64,000 nucleotides of DNA from Lingula anatina (Eukaryota; Animalia; Brachiopoda), in assembly GCA_051362555.1 (NCBI GenBank), contig CM120640.1, forward strand, positions 26,460,225-26,524,224, read 5' to 3'. Each line of letters starts with the position of its first letter. The first letter of the stretch is position 1. The position numbers were made by a program, and so were the translations under genes. Of the stretch, positions 37,401-49,300 are shown one piece after another. The notes under the pieces are model-generated. The model saw only the letters and a list, made by a program, of their open reading frames with translations. It ran no database searches and was not told the DNA's origin.

Positions 37401-40400
37401 AACTTATTGGTTGGAATTGTGAAGCACAGTCGATCCCTCGTCTTGGGGATCTTCACCTAACGTTAACTTATATAGACCTACTAAGACCCAATCTCCATAC
37501 CTAAATCGATCTAACAGAACCGACCATCTCCGAGGGGTTTCTCGTTAAATTACATTGAGCTTTAAAAGCGGCTCTATGTCTGGCACGCCTACTGAAGCTG
37601 TTATAAGGTACTTAAAACTGTCGTTTAGCAGCTTCAGGAGGCGTGCCAGACGTCTCAGCCGCTTAATCTGAATGCAATTTGGCGAGAATCCCCTCGGAGA
37701 TGGGTCGATCCTTCTAGATCGAACTAGGTTGTAAATTATCCCCCAACAACTACAGTACTGAAAGTAAATGTGTCGGAAGAGTCATTTACGACTCACTTGA
37801 AATGTATTAGCTCGAGTATGACGTAATAGCAAGGGGAATCCCCAGCGCAACAAAGAAACATGAATGTCCCATCTTTGATTTTCGGCTGCAAGTTGGTAGG
37901 ATCAGTTGCTCTTAAAGTGAACACAGATCTATCTTTCATTATGACATTATTTAAAGCTGAAATCAATCCCCAAATCAAATTAACGCTTATGAAACTTTCC
38001 CGTCTTGGGGAACGTCGTGGGGAATAAACAGTTCGTTTTTTGAAGGGGGAGGTAGGAGGTTTAAGGGTTTAAATTACAGTGTGGTTTACTGTAAATAACT
38101 TAACAAGTAAAATTTTCTCTTTTTCAGGTTAATAATCATAACATCCATGGCATGAGAAAGAAGCGAGCCGCTGACAACATGATGCAGTGGTCTTCATGGA
38201 CGGAATGGTCTTCCTGTAGCAGATCGTGTGGAACAGGGGTGGCCAGCAGAGTGCGAGAATGTAAAGATCATGTCAGTAGAAGACACAGGTAGATATATCC
38301 TTATATCTATTTAATTTTTTTCAGGAGGGACCCTTTGCTCAGAAGCACATTTTTAGTAATCTGAAAAAAATCCAGACCCTAATATCAACCACACTAATAT
38401 GTTTTTTCCTCTAGCTTTCCTAAAAAAACAAGGAACTAAAGATGTTGCTTCCCCTTCGTTGTCTTTGTGCATGTTCCTTCTGCAGAGGTTACCAGATTAT
38501 AATACAGTTATCAGCCCTGGCTATATTCATATATTGAAGATTCTAGAACCATTTTTTTTGGGAATAGCTGCTGTCTAGATATTATTACAAAAACCGTATC
38601 CCTCAGTAACTGTAACTTTTTGCCTTAATATTGGCCTTTTAGACCCTATTTCCATACTTAGATTGATTGATCTAGCAGAATAGGTCCATCTCCGAGGGGA
38701 TTCTCGCTAAATTGCACTCTGCTTAAGTGGCTCAGATGTTTGGCATGACTACTGAAGCTGCTAAACATTATTTAATTACCCCCTTAGAGCTTCAGTAGGC
38801 GTGCCAGAATCCCATTGGAGATGGACCGATCCCACTAGATCGATCTAGATATGGGAATGGGGCTTAAGATTTATGACAATTTGATTAAGGCTCCGTTCAC
38901 ATGGAAAATCTATTTTCTAAAAATCTATTTTCTATTCGCGGTATATTGTGATCACGGTCTGTGCCCTCCCCCGCGGCGTAATTACTGGCAGCGTGAGCCA
39001 GTTACTTCCAAAGCTGTAATTAATTCTCGGCTGTATTCGGAGTGATCACAAGATACCGCAAATAGAAAATAGATTTTTAGAAAATAGATTTTTCATGTGA
39101 ACGGAGTCTTATGCAATACCTGATTTAGTGAAAAAAATTTGGGGGGGGGGGCAATATACTTGATTTGTGCCCTTGAGTTCAGCCTTTAAGATGGTTAAAC
39201 TTGGTTTTTGTGATAATCACTTGTTTTATGGTGTCAATTACTGAGTTTGTTTGCCCCCTTCCACAGCACAACCAAATGCAGCCCCACTCCTGAAGATACT
39301 AGAACTTTGAAGTCCCTTTTCTTGACCTTGGTTATAGGTTCCCTTTGAAATAAATAAATGAACAAATAAATAGATAAATATACAGATGGTTATATGAATG
39401 TAAAAGTATATGACTTTACAAATGCTTGAATAGATATAGATAAAACAGAAAATAAACTTTTAATATTTTCAGTAATTTCACAGATATTCCTTAAATGTTT
39501 CCATATGTTGGCTTTAGAACTATTGACTGCATTTATGCCTTATGATTACAGTGATTTAATCATTTCTTTCATCATTCATGTTATTCTCTTTCAGTTACAT
39601 CAGATACTACCAAAGACACAAAATGAAATCTTCCTGTGTTGGAAAATACAAAGATTTCAAAACATGCAATACAGATGTAAATATGATTTTTTACATTACA
39701 ATGGTGACAGCATTAATTTGTGTGAAAAACTATGAAGTCTGACTTTTTCAGTCATAACAGTGTGACAAACTAAAAGGTCTAACTGCAACATTGATAAAGT
39801 ACAAAATAGTTATCAAATGCAAATTCTTTATTTAGTTATGCGGTATGAAAGAAACTCCTGACATGTTTTTCAGGAATGTCCTAAAAACAGCAAGTCTTTC
39901 AGAGCTGAACAATGTGAAAAGTTCAACATTAAAGTTTTCCATGGTCGCAGGAGATATCGATGGGAACCATATTATCAAGGTAGTATATGTGTCTGACTTG
40001 TCTTCCTTTTTTCAGAACTCTGAATAAGAAATAGAGAATATTTTTGCTTTTTAACTGTTGAACTGGTTTCAAAATTATATGTGAGCTTATACTTGGTCAG
40101 GTTAGATATGGACAAATAACCATATGAACAGAAATTAATGTATTACCATCTCCTGTGGACACAGTGTTCACATGCTTGATGTCTTGTTGCCAAGGAAGCT
40201 AAGAGCTCAGTTTTCATGTCATATTATTATTTTCCTGGAGGCTTTCAACATAGTTGTAAGTATGTTTTATGACCTAGATTATTAGGTTAAGTACACCAGT
40301 TCACAGGAAATAGGTTGTTGAATAGTTCGTACATGGGTGGAGTAGATCACTAACATATGATCCCTCCATGTCATACCAAGCATTTCATCTTTTAGTAGAA

Positions 40401-40571
40401 GTGCACTATCAAATTATAGAATTACAATAGGTACCTCCCTTCTTTTTAAAATTTACTACCACCCCCTCCTTATTAAACCAGTATGGACCTGTAAAGTAAG
40501 CTGGTCTTTAAGTATTAAGTTTTTTACATTCGTCATTACACTCTTTACCATGTGTGTATTGTGAGTGAGGA

Positions 40572-40613
<42 letters not shown>

Positions 40614-41883
40614 GCACCATATTTGTGTGTTCTGATACAGCTCTCAAGATAGACTAAGGCTTTAAATGAAGTGATGGTGGGTAGGTGTAGGGTTTAAGGG
40701 GAAATGTAGAATCATCATCAGCAACATTAATGTATCCTGCTTCATAGCATTGGCAGTCGATCCTCTCCACGTGTACCTGTATCTGTCATTGGTAGCTCTT
40801 ATAGTGGAGAAATATATTTGTCTTGTTAAACAATCAGCAGACAAATATTGGCTGGTAAATCTCAGTTAGTTTTTCTATAGCTATGGACAAATGAAACTTT
40901 ATTTGTTTATATTTATCTTACTTTTCAGGTTTGCATTTTTTAAAGTTTTAAGGAAATCTTGATAAGATGTTGGGGTAGGGGGAGGCAGGAGGGAAGCATG
41001 TCACTTGGATCCATGCTTGAGATCTTGTACTCACACTTTTGGAATTTGTTAAGAGTAGCGTAAGCAAGTTCAGCCAGAATATTTGGGACATGGGTCTTAG
41101 TATGCCTAGGCAGAGGATGGTTTGATACAGAAGACAATGATTAAGAACATGTGTTGTGAGAATATATTTAGGTTTTAGTTGAATTTACTTCTGTAAGCCA
41201 CTCAGGTCAAATGTGATCACTGAAGTGGACATATCTGACATCTGACTTTTTCCACCAGAGCAAACCAAAAGGCAAGAGAATGAATGTCCTGTTCTTTGTA
41301 AAACAAATCTATGTGACAGCTCATTTGTTGGAAAAACACAACATGAAAAAGTTAAACTTGGGTCACATGGAAAGTCTGTGTGGCACAACAGTCTAAATGA
41401 ACCACAAAGTGAATAAAAAGGTTTTGAGAGCTTAAAATACAATTACTCTTGATTTGGGAAGAAACTTTAACTGGCCAACTACTCTCTATAATGTTTTAAC
41501 CTCTTTGAACATATTTGGTCAGGAGAAAAGATACATTATAGTATTTAAAATGCTTATGGGAAAAATAGCTTTTTTGTAAAAAAAACTCTTTTATGATTGC
41601 ATAAAGTTTGTAAATATTGTTGCTCTTTTCTTATAGTTCAGTGAAAAAAGTGATTGTTTCTGCAATAAATTTTGAAGGCTATGGACTGTTATTGATTCAT
41701 GTGACATTTTAATATTTCTTAAGTCATTAACAAATTTTGATTTCTTTTTTAGAAAAAGATGAATGTTCCTTGACATGCAAGGCAATGGGGTACAATTTTT
41801 ATGCCAAATTAGCCAGAACAGTGGTGGATGGGACTCCTTGTCGCCAGGACTCCAATGACATCTGCATTAGTGGCAAGTGCATG
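27897..41883 (+). CDS. THSD4: ADAMTS-like secreted matrix protein (THSD4/ADAMTSL6-like), first 189 codons; gene continues beyond the window
   Basis: join(27897-27910,31816-31888,38128-38288,39595-39676,39874-39979,41753-41883): signal peptide MNILSVTAILSLTTLLVQGVEA, furin site RKKR, TSR WSSWTEWSSCSRSCGTG..R.R.C..CVG..CNTDECP, ADAMTS Cys-rich FRAEQC..RWEPY..CSLTCKAMGYNFY..VVDGTPC..ICISGKC; no metalloprotease domain. Symbol is the best remembered match; ADAMTSL4 or papilin-like is not excluded. Confidence 0.85.
31816..31888 (+). CDS. THSD4: ADAMTSL exon 2 (signal peptide)
   Basis: tttcag| VTAILSLTTLLVQGVEASQKLRHK |gtaagc. Confidence 0.82.
34066..34280. mobile_element. MITE family A copy (well preserved)
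   Basis: ata|gaccccatttcc ... gggaatacagcc|ata; near-identical reverse complement of 53413-53626. Confidence 0.92.
34351..34427. repeat. Compound (AC)n(AG)n microsatellite
   Basis: read directly. Confidence 0.95.
37485..37742. mobile_element. MITE family A, subfamily A2
   Basis: Long imperfect palindrome (ccatctccgagggg..tctggcacgcctactgaagctg / cagcttcaggaggcgtgccaga..cccctcggagatgg); related to 38642-38863. Confidence 0.85.
38128..38288 (+). CDS. THSD4: ADAMTSL exon 3 (furin site + TSR1 N-part)
   Basis: tttcag| ..RKKRAAD..WSSWTEWSSCSRSCGTGVASRVREC.. |gtagat. Confidence 0.93.
38642..38863. mobile_element. MITE family A, subfamily A2
   Basis: tta|gaccctatttcc ... gggaatggggc|tta; shares central aattacccccttagagct with family A. 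Confidence 0.87.
38889..39108. mobile_element. Harbinger-like MITE family C (220 bp)
   Basis: taa|ggctccgttcacatg..~65-bp near-perfect TIR..catgtgaacggagtc|tta. Confidence 0.9.
39595..39676 (+). CDS. THSD4: ADAMTSL exon 4 (TSR1 C-part)
   Basis: tttcag| YIRYYQRHKMKSSCVGKYKDFKTCNTD |gtaaat. Confidence 0.88.
39874..39979 (+). CDS. THSD4: ADAMTSL exon 5 (Cys-rich module)
   Basis: tttcag| ECPKNSKSFRAEQCEKFN..YRWEPYYQ |gtagta. Confidence 0.92.
40573..40610. repeat. G38 homopolymer
   Basis: read directly. Confidence 0.9.
41753..41883 (+). CDS. THSD4: ADAMTSL exon 6 (Cys-rich module)
   Basis: ttttag| KDECSLTCKAMGYNFYAKLARTVVDGTPCRQDSNDICISGKCM |gtaggt. Confidence 0.93.
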
Positions 41884-42556
41884 GTAGGTTGACATTTAAT
41901 GCATGGCCGGATATTGAGTTAAAATGCTCATGAAAAAGCCCCATCACTATTGAAATTGGCTGTCCCTTCCCTCCTGTATGCAGTGTCTTCATTATTTACA
42001 CATTTATTTTCTGAATGTTTTATGCATGCCTGCTGCCTTTCATCCATTTGACTCAAATGCTTTTATTACTTGTCCCATCTATAAATATAGGTCTTGAGGT
42101 TCCTTTTGGATAATGTGAAATAACGGCATCAATGTGAAATCTTAACCAATCCAGCCACACAGATTTGTTCCTATTCTATGAGTACTTTCGTAATAAACAA
42201 TGTTGGAACCAAAGAACAACACATAAATGTAAATTGTGTTGTCAGGTTTACACTAGAAATGAGGAGGAACATTTAGTGACATTAATCTGTCATGCTTCAA
42301 TACCGTCTTAGTTGACCATAACCTGAAAACCAGCTGACTATCAGCACTTCACTCAAACAAGTGTGTGGTTATCTAAAAGTCAAAGGAGTCCCATTACCAA
42401 ATGGATTGTTTACTTTGTTGCTTGTTATGAAATATGACCTTATAAGTTATAACACATTTTCATTTTAGCAGAAGCAGTTTGGTTTCTCAGTTCTTTCTAA
42501 TTTAAGTTCTATACTACGTTTATAAGAGGTTATTTTGGGCCACCCTCATTGTTTTG

Positions 42557-42641
42557 CACCCTGAGCTTCAGAGATAACTTGAAATTGCAAGGGTATGGTA
42601 GTGTAAAGGTAAGTTTCAAGTTATCTCTGAAGCTCGGGGTG
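42557..42641. mobile_element. 85-bp miniature hAT/P-like element
   Basis: 28-bp TIRs with one mismatch (caccctgagcttcagagataacttgaaa), CA..TG termini, perfect 8-bp TSD ttgttttg at 42549-42556 and 42642-42649. Confidence 0.88.
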
Positions 42642-42835
42642 TTGTTTTGGGACTCTTTCATCAAGGAATCTGTACACAAAATGCAAGCAATATGTCTCAA
42701 TTTGTTGACAACATTAGTAGCCTCTATTCCATCCCATCTTGGCATCATCCCATGCTTCTCCACCTTGTTAAATTGAGTATTTATAAGCATACTAAACATG
42801 TTTTCCTTTTGTTCTGTTAAAAACCAAAATATTTC

Positions 42836-42901
<66 letters not shown>

Positions 42902-42911
42902 AAGAGAGAGA
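42836..42911. repeat. (AG)n microsatellite
   Basis: read directly. Confidence 0.95.
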
Positions 42912-43138
42912 TGTAGGGGTAAGATTAAAGCAAGTTAATAAGATAAAGGCATTTCTTTAGATGTGTTATATTCAAATGAAGCTCATTATTCATACAAAGA
43001 ATTCCAATTTTGTATGAAGATAGATGGACAGCTCTGAGCTGAATGATTTAACTGTTGAATGACACAATTGATAGTAGGGTCATTCACCACCAGGAAATAC
43101 TTCATATCTAATAATATGGGGATAATATTAAATTACTT

Positions 43139-43153
43139 GATAACTTATCACAG

Positions 43154-43190
<37 letters not shown>

Positions 43191-43310
43191 ATGTATATAT
43201 ATATATATCTGTGATATATATATCTGTGAATATCTTAAATATATATATATAACTTATCACAGATATATATCTGTGATAAGTTATATATATATATATATAT
43301 TTAAGATATT
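43139..43310. repeat. Compound (AT)n/(GT)n microsatellite with an embedded ~82-bp AT-rich palindrome
   Basis: aatatcttaa(at)n-aacttatcacagatat|atatctgtgataagtt-(at)n ttaagatatt at 43229-43310. Confidence 0.88.
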
Positions 43311-46300
43311 TTATGATATAATCATGAAACAATATGTCGTAACATCTGAAAAGTAACATACCCATGATATGATGCAGATAATTCTTTCGATATTTCATTT
43401 TTTATAAAAATGATGTATAAGGTGAAAGCAGGTATGTGACCTCTGAACATACAAGGCTAGTTGAAATGCTTGGCAACAACTGCTAGCTAGTTTGAATGTT
43501 GTCCTCAGTCTTTAATGTAATATGGTTGTTCTTACCATCCACCTTTGTCACAATGGCCACATTCCTTATGATATAAAACTGGACAACTGACAATTTACAG
43601 GAAGGCCTTGGGACATCCATTAAATTTGTAAAGTGCATGTCCAAGAAGAAAAAAAAACTGTAAATGCAAGAGCCATGTTAAATTAAAGAATTCACATACT
43701 TTACTTTGGCAGACCACTTAAGTATTCCATTGATTGCATTTGCTGCACCTGTTTTAAGGCAAAAAAAATTTAGACTTATTTGATTTAATGAAGTTAAATA
43801 CTTCAAAATAGAGTAAAAAGGTACCTATAATACAAACTTTCTCATTGCCTTGTACCCTGTCATACATCAGGGTAACCAATTCAACTGACACTCTGTTAAA
43901 TATAAACTCTCACATTTTATGTACCTGATACTTCAAATTGTTTATTTATATTAGTTTGGTGTTAAAACCCCTTCCAATTAAAGGATTAACAGGTTCCAGT
44001 TTGTTTGTCTCCCAGTCTTCACATACTTCACATGTTTGTCATGAAATTGTGTTGGAAAGAGGAGATTGGGTTGTTGAGAGGTGGGGAGGGGGGCATAGCA
44101 CACCACTGGCTGTTTATAACAGTTTGCTGTGCAGTTTGCATTGTGACAGGGTACCTTTGTAGAAATGAAATACATTTTGAAGAAGATGGTATTAAATTCA
44201 TCAGTGGGTGTTATTCATTCAAAGGTTTCTAACAAAGATATCATTGTAGAAAAAATGTGATGATTTTCACATATATCCATATTTAATGTATAAATGTGAT
44301 AAGTGATATCTTAAACCTATAATGACATTAATGTTTTTGGTTTCCAAAAAAGTGTTCAGTTTGCAATGTGATAACAGTAATTTTCTAAGTATAATGAGAG
44401 GTGTATGACCCTGTGCAGTGTGACCCCAAACGTCCAGCGAAAAAAAAAAGTAATTTATTGTCAGGTTGTGTATGGATCAGTGTTCATATGTAATGATATG
44501 TTGTGAAAGGTTCCATTATAAAGGTCCATTAAGATATAAATATAACAAACAGTATATGACTTTCAGTTGAAATTAATTGTACTTGCAGTTTTTGTTTTTT
44601 TCAATCAACTTAATTCTTCTTAGAATAACCTGTGACATCTATTTTTAGTGATGCTTTTAGCATACCTGTCCAATTGAAGAATTGTGTGTACACCAGAAAT
44701 GAAAGTGCAAAATAAATGCTATAGTTAATTTGAACCCAAGATGTATTTTTATACAATATTATGGGGTAAACTAGTTTGAATGGTGATCTACAGTGCTGCT
44801 ACATTACTTAAGCTCTCATAGGAAACTTGTCAATAAAAATGATTTTATTTGTTTTAGATCCCATAAAGCTTCATTTTGTAGGAAACTTAATATTAAAATC
44901 CAGCAGGAAATGGAGTTAAGACTATGTTTTGTTAGGTTTTATATAAATTGTTTCTTAGGAAGGCACTCAAATGCCCTCAGCTTCCTGCAGCAATTGCAGT
45001 GTATATGTTAAAATCTGTTTGTTTATCTGACTGTATTTCCAGCAATAGTACAGAAATGTCTGGTAAAGTGAAGAGTAGGATCAGAGCCCAGTTCTGTGAA
45101 ATAAACAGTGTGGTCATATTTATGCAAGAACACATGTACATACACCCTTCAGGGTAACAAGCATTCCATTATCTTGCATCCTTTGATCCAGACTTGTAAA
45201 AATGTGAATATACTGTTCATTGGATGAGAACTGATGTTCAATGCTTGTTACATCACAAAAAACATGTACATCTGATTTGATGCCCATGGTTCTCTCGGGG
45301 GAACATTTACATTGTCTCAGATCTGAACTGTTTCAGTCTTATATTCTTGATATGTACTCAAACAGTATGAGGTTGGCAATGTTAAGTATCATGGATAGAT
45401 GTCTTCTGTAGCTCTTTTGTTTTCACGAAGTATTTTTCTCTTATATGACAGAATAGAACATATGCATGTTAAATTAACAGAATCCTGAGTGCATTTGGCC
45501 ATATTCATTTATATATCAATGTGTCATACTGAATGGACAAATATGCATAGTTTTTCTTTACCTAAAACTGAATAGAATGAGATTAAGACAAAATAACTGA
45601 GTAACTGGAAAGCATAGCAATAGGTGGCAGCAGCAGCTGTCAACAGATTGTCTTCTTTGCAGCAGTCAGAATGCATTGCCCTTTCCAGTGATCCATTCCA
45701 AGCATTAAAATATCACTATACTATCTGTACTTACCACACACATCTATGATAAAATGACTATAAATCCTTGGGGAGGTTTAGCTGATCTCAAGTTCATGAA
45801 ATTTGAAGTTCCCCAGTTTCTTGATTGTCCTTTAATTCAATTATCTTTTATTGCTGCCATGTAATTGAAACAACCAAAATGAATTTGGAATTTTTCACCA
45901 CTCTGCTACACTTTGTATTATTCTAACCACTATGTGGTCCTGTAATGTCTTAAGGCTCCTATTTATTTATAACCATTTGCAAAAGGTAATTCCCTGCAAT
46001 TGAAAATTTTGATGACTGTATGAAAAGTATAGTTCATTATAATGTTAGTGCACTAATGTGATATTAGGTTCGTTTCCAATAGTCCCCCAGCTAGCATCAA
46101 AATACCAATACTGACAATGTAACTTCTGTTGTAAGTTGTGGAATGTATTTTTTCTGCTTAACTTGTTGTTATTCAGAGGTAAAGTTTGGGGGAGGAATGG
46201 ACCCACTTCAGGAAAGTTCTTGTCAAGAACATAAACCAGTCCAGCTTTGCACCATGTTGAAAGTTGTATTGTCTTCACTGGTGTTCTGGTTTCTTTAAAA

Positions 46301-49300
46301 GGAACTTTGACAACTAAGAATCAACTTACAAGTAGGCATGTACTTACAGAAAAACATACATCTTTACAAAGGAGTTCTGAACAATTTTTTTCTTTTTTTT
46401 TTGTTCATTTATCCTTAATATTTTAAAGATTGAGAAAGCAAGTTATATTTGATAAGAAAGTCAAGTGAAATACAAACTATGTAAGTGTTAGGATCCTTTT
46501 ATCAAGTTAAGAAGCAATTTAATCATCTACAATGATACTGATTTTGAGAAGTGAAGAAAGTCGGTACAACATACATGACATCTTATTAAGTGGTGGACTG
46601 AATTTCTACCTCTGTTTTAATGGTGATTGCATCTCACAGATATAGCAAGGGGTGATTTCCACACTTAACGCCCAGCTTCTCTGTCACACTCACTTCATTG
46701 CCAACTTAATGCTCTCAAACCTTAGTATATAAATAAACAAGAATTTGGAAAAGACTTATCTAGCATGCTCATCAAAATCACATGTTGTAATGCGGTGGTG
46801 TGATCTGTAATTGTAGAGAGCTAGTTCCTCTTTATCTGATATCCAAAATACAGACACATAAAACGTATCAAGTAGCTTGCCTTTCTGCAAAGATGTTTTG
46901 TAAGAATTTGCCCACTTTCCAGTTAACACATTTAGTTGAGGAACATGTCATATTTTGACTCTAAAGAAATCATAAGTATTAAATGCTCTTTGCTTGAGCT
47001 TTTGTTTGAGCATCTGTTAATAAAATTTTTATTTACTTTATTATTATAATACAGTAATTATCACTCAAAATTCAAAGGATTTAACTGGCGGGAAACCCTT
47101 TATCAGAAATTCGAATTGGGTTTATTTTGCACATATATACGTATAAAGATATGTGGGCAGAATACAATGAAGATACCCTTGTTGTCAAAATGTGATACAT
47201 GTCTATGACATAATCCATGTATTACAAAGCTTTCTGCATATCACAGCATAAGAAAAACATAGTTTTGAGGCATTTTGTTCATATCCGTTCCCTTCTTATT
47301 TTATATTTATGCAAATGTTGTTGATTTTAGCAAAAGAGATGATAAGCAAGGAGATATCAGATTGTACTACAGGATGTCCTGCTGTGACATACTATCTTCT
47401 GAGCCACCAGCATGATATTTGTGGCCATAGCAGGTGTTAATCTAAAAAGTTTGATTGGAAATTTGACTCTTAATCGGTGAGGTCCCATACAGATCAGAAG
47501 AGTATCCCAGTCATCTGGACATGGTATCAGTGTCCAGTGATTATTGTGGTCCTGCTGGTTAGCATGGGCAGTCTGTGGTCAGTCATTGAACACTGCTTGT
47601 TCACAAAATACAAAAAAGGTATCAGGGTACTGTGTGTCCATGTGGTATGTTTATCCACAGTGGACAATAACATTTACTTGCAGAACATACTGAATTTGAA
47701 ATTGTATCACTAGTTTCTAAACAAGGTTCATTCTTCGGTGGGTTTTAAGTATTCTGACCAGGTCTGTGGAGGGGACAGTGATTGACAGACTGACAGAATA
47801 GTTTGGGGCTGGAGAAGCATTTTTTCACTCTGCTTGAGTGAGTCAAATCAAATCACAGTTAGTCTTTAAAATGCAGCTTGGTGAAACTGAGCACTGTTAA
47901 ATGAAGCAGAGAATTACAGGATAGAATGCAGGTTGTGAAAGGGTATTTGACTTCAGGGTAGGCTAGCAATTTTCGAAATTATTTTTAAATTATACCATTC
48001 TGTTCTTTTAAAAGGTTACACTGACTTGAATAAGTGTAACATTTTGTGGGTGTATCTCTAAATTCCCCTGCAGATAGGTCTTTGGTCATGCATTGTGATG
48101 TTTTATGTGTTGTCACATTCTTGCCAGTCAGACGTATGATGGAGTGATTTTTTTGCTACTGTTACTAAACGAAACATAATGAAGTACATTGTAGTCACAC
48201 TTAAGTTGATTTATGTTGCTAGCATATTTTGAATATTTTCTACTAGCCATAATCATTTTGTAAGTTTTTCATAAGGTCAGTTGTAATGGACTGTCTGGAA
48301 TGATAAAATATGATTTAAAGGTATCCCATCCGGGATTTTCCTGCCAAGTCAAATTTTCATGAAAAAAGGCAATTTTTTCCTACTCACAAATCATTGCTTT
48401 GCCAATACCTTTTCTTGAATTCAATATTTATACCGTTTCTAATAAAATAATACACTTTTTATGATTGGCCGGTCACTAGACTGTATGTCTTCCTGTACAT
48501 TTCAGAAGGAAATATTGACATCAGGTACTTAATTTGAGGGGTTTGATATTTTTTAAGGTCTGAATTCAGAAAGATAATTAGCTTTGCAGGCTATGTAGGT
48601 AGAGAAAATGTGACTTTGGGTAATTTTCAAACCTTTTTTTTAAGTTGTTGTTTGATGCAGTTTATTATATATATGTATCCAAAGATGATACATGTTTTGT
48701 GGAAACATCAGTGAGATACATTTCTTCTATTTCTTGTGGGGTATGTTACAATCTCTGATATTTTTCAGTTGTTTAATGATATACATATATTCCAGAAAAC
48801 ATTTGAAATGCCATTTATAGAAGGACACAGTAACAATCTCAGATAAAAACAATGAGCATGAAATTAAACAAATATTTCACCAAGCAACTCATTAATAATG
48901 ACCTGGCTCTGAAACGTGTTACCGCTTTACAAATTTGTCTCAAAAGAGTATTGACTTCAAAGGATATATTTATAGAATTTGTCAAGAATTTGGAACCTGA
49001 GTAGCATTCCTCCACCTTCTCCTCATACCCCATATATGATAACAATAATTAGTCCCCTCATTTGTCATATGTCACTGGATGGGCTCCCACTTGCCTAAGT
49101 GTTGTTGGAGGATCACTTGTAATGGAGCTGGAATGGTATAAAGGAGGAGTTGTCTGTAACAGTGAGGGCATCCAAAGCTAGCACTTTGTCTCACTTGCTA
49201 TCAAGGGGTTGTCTGATGAAAACAGTTTTTTGTCCTCGGCATAACCAGAGCAGAATGTTAAGGGGGAAATTGAAAGATTGTCTTTCTGCAGGTCGTCCTT

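Noticed and set aside
34230-43398. ORFs with HTHT/ERER, poly-Pro or YIYI runs (34230, 40456, 43108)
   Set aside because: Translations of microsatellites and the G homopolymer.
47477-47713. ORF with hydrophobic stretch VIIVVLLVSMGSLW (another signal exon?)
   Set aside because: No in-frame ATG before the hydrophobic segment (GTG start just after a stop) and no convincing acceptor.
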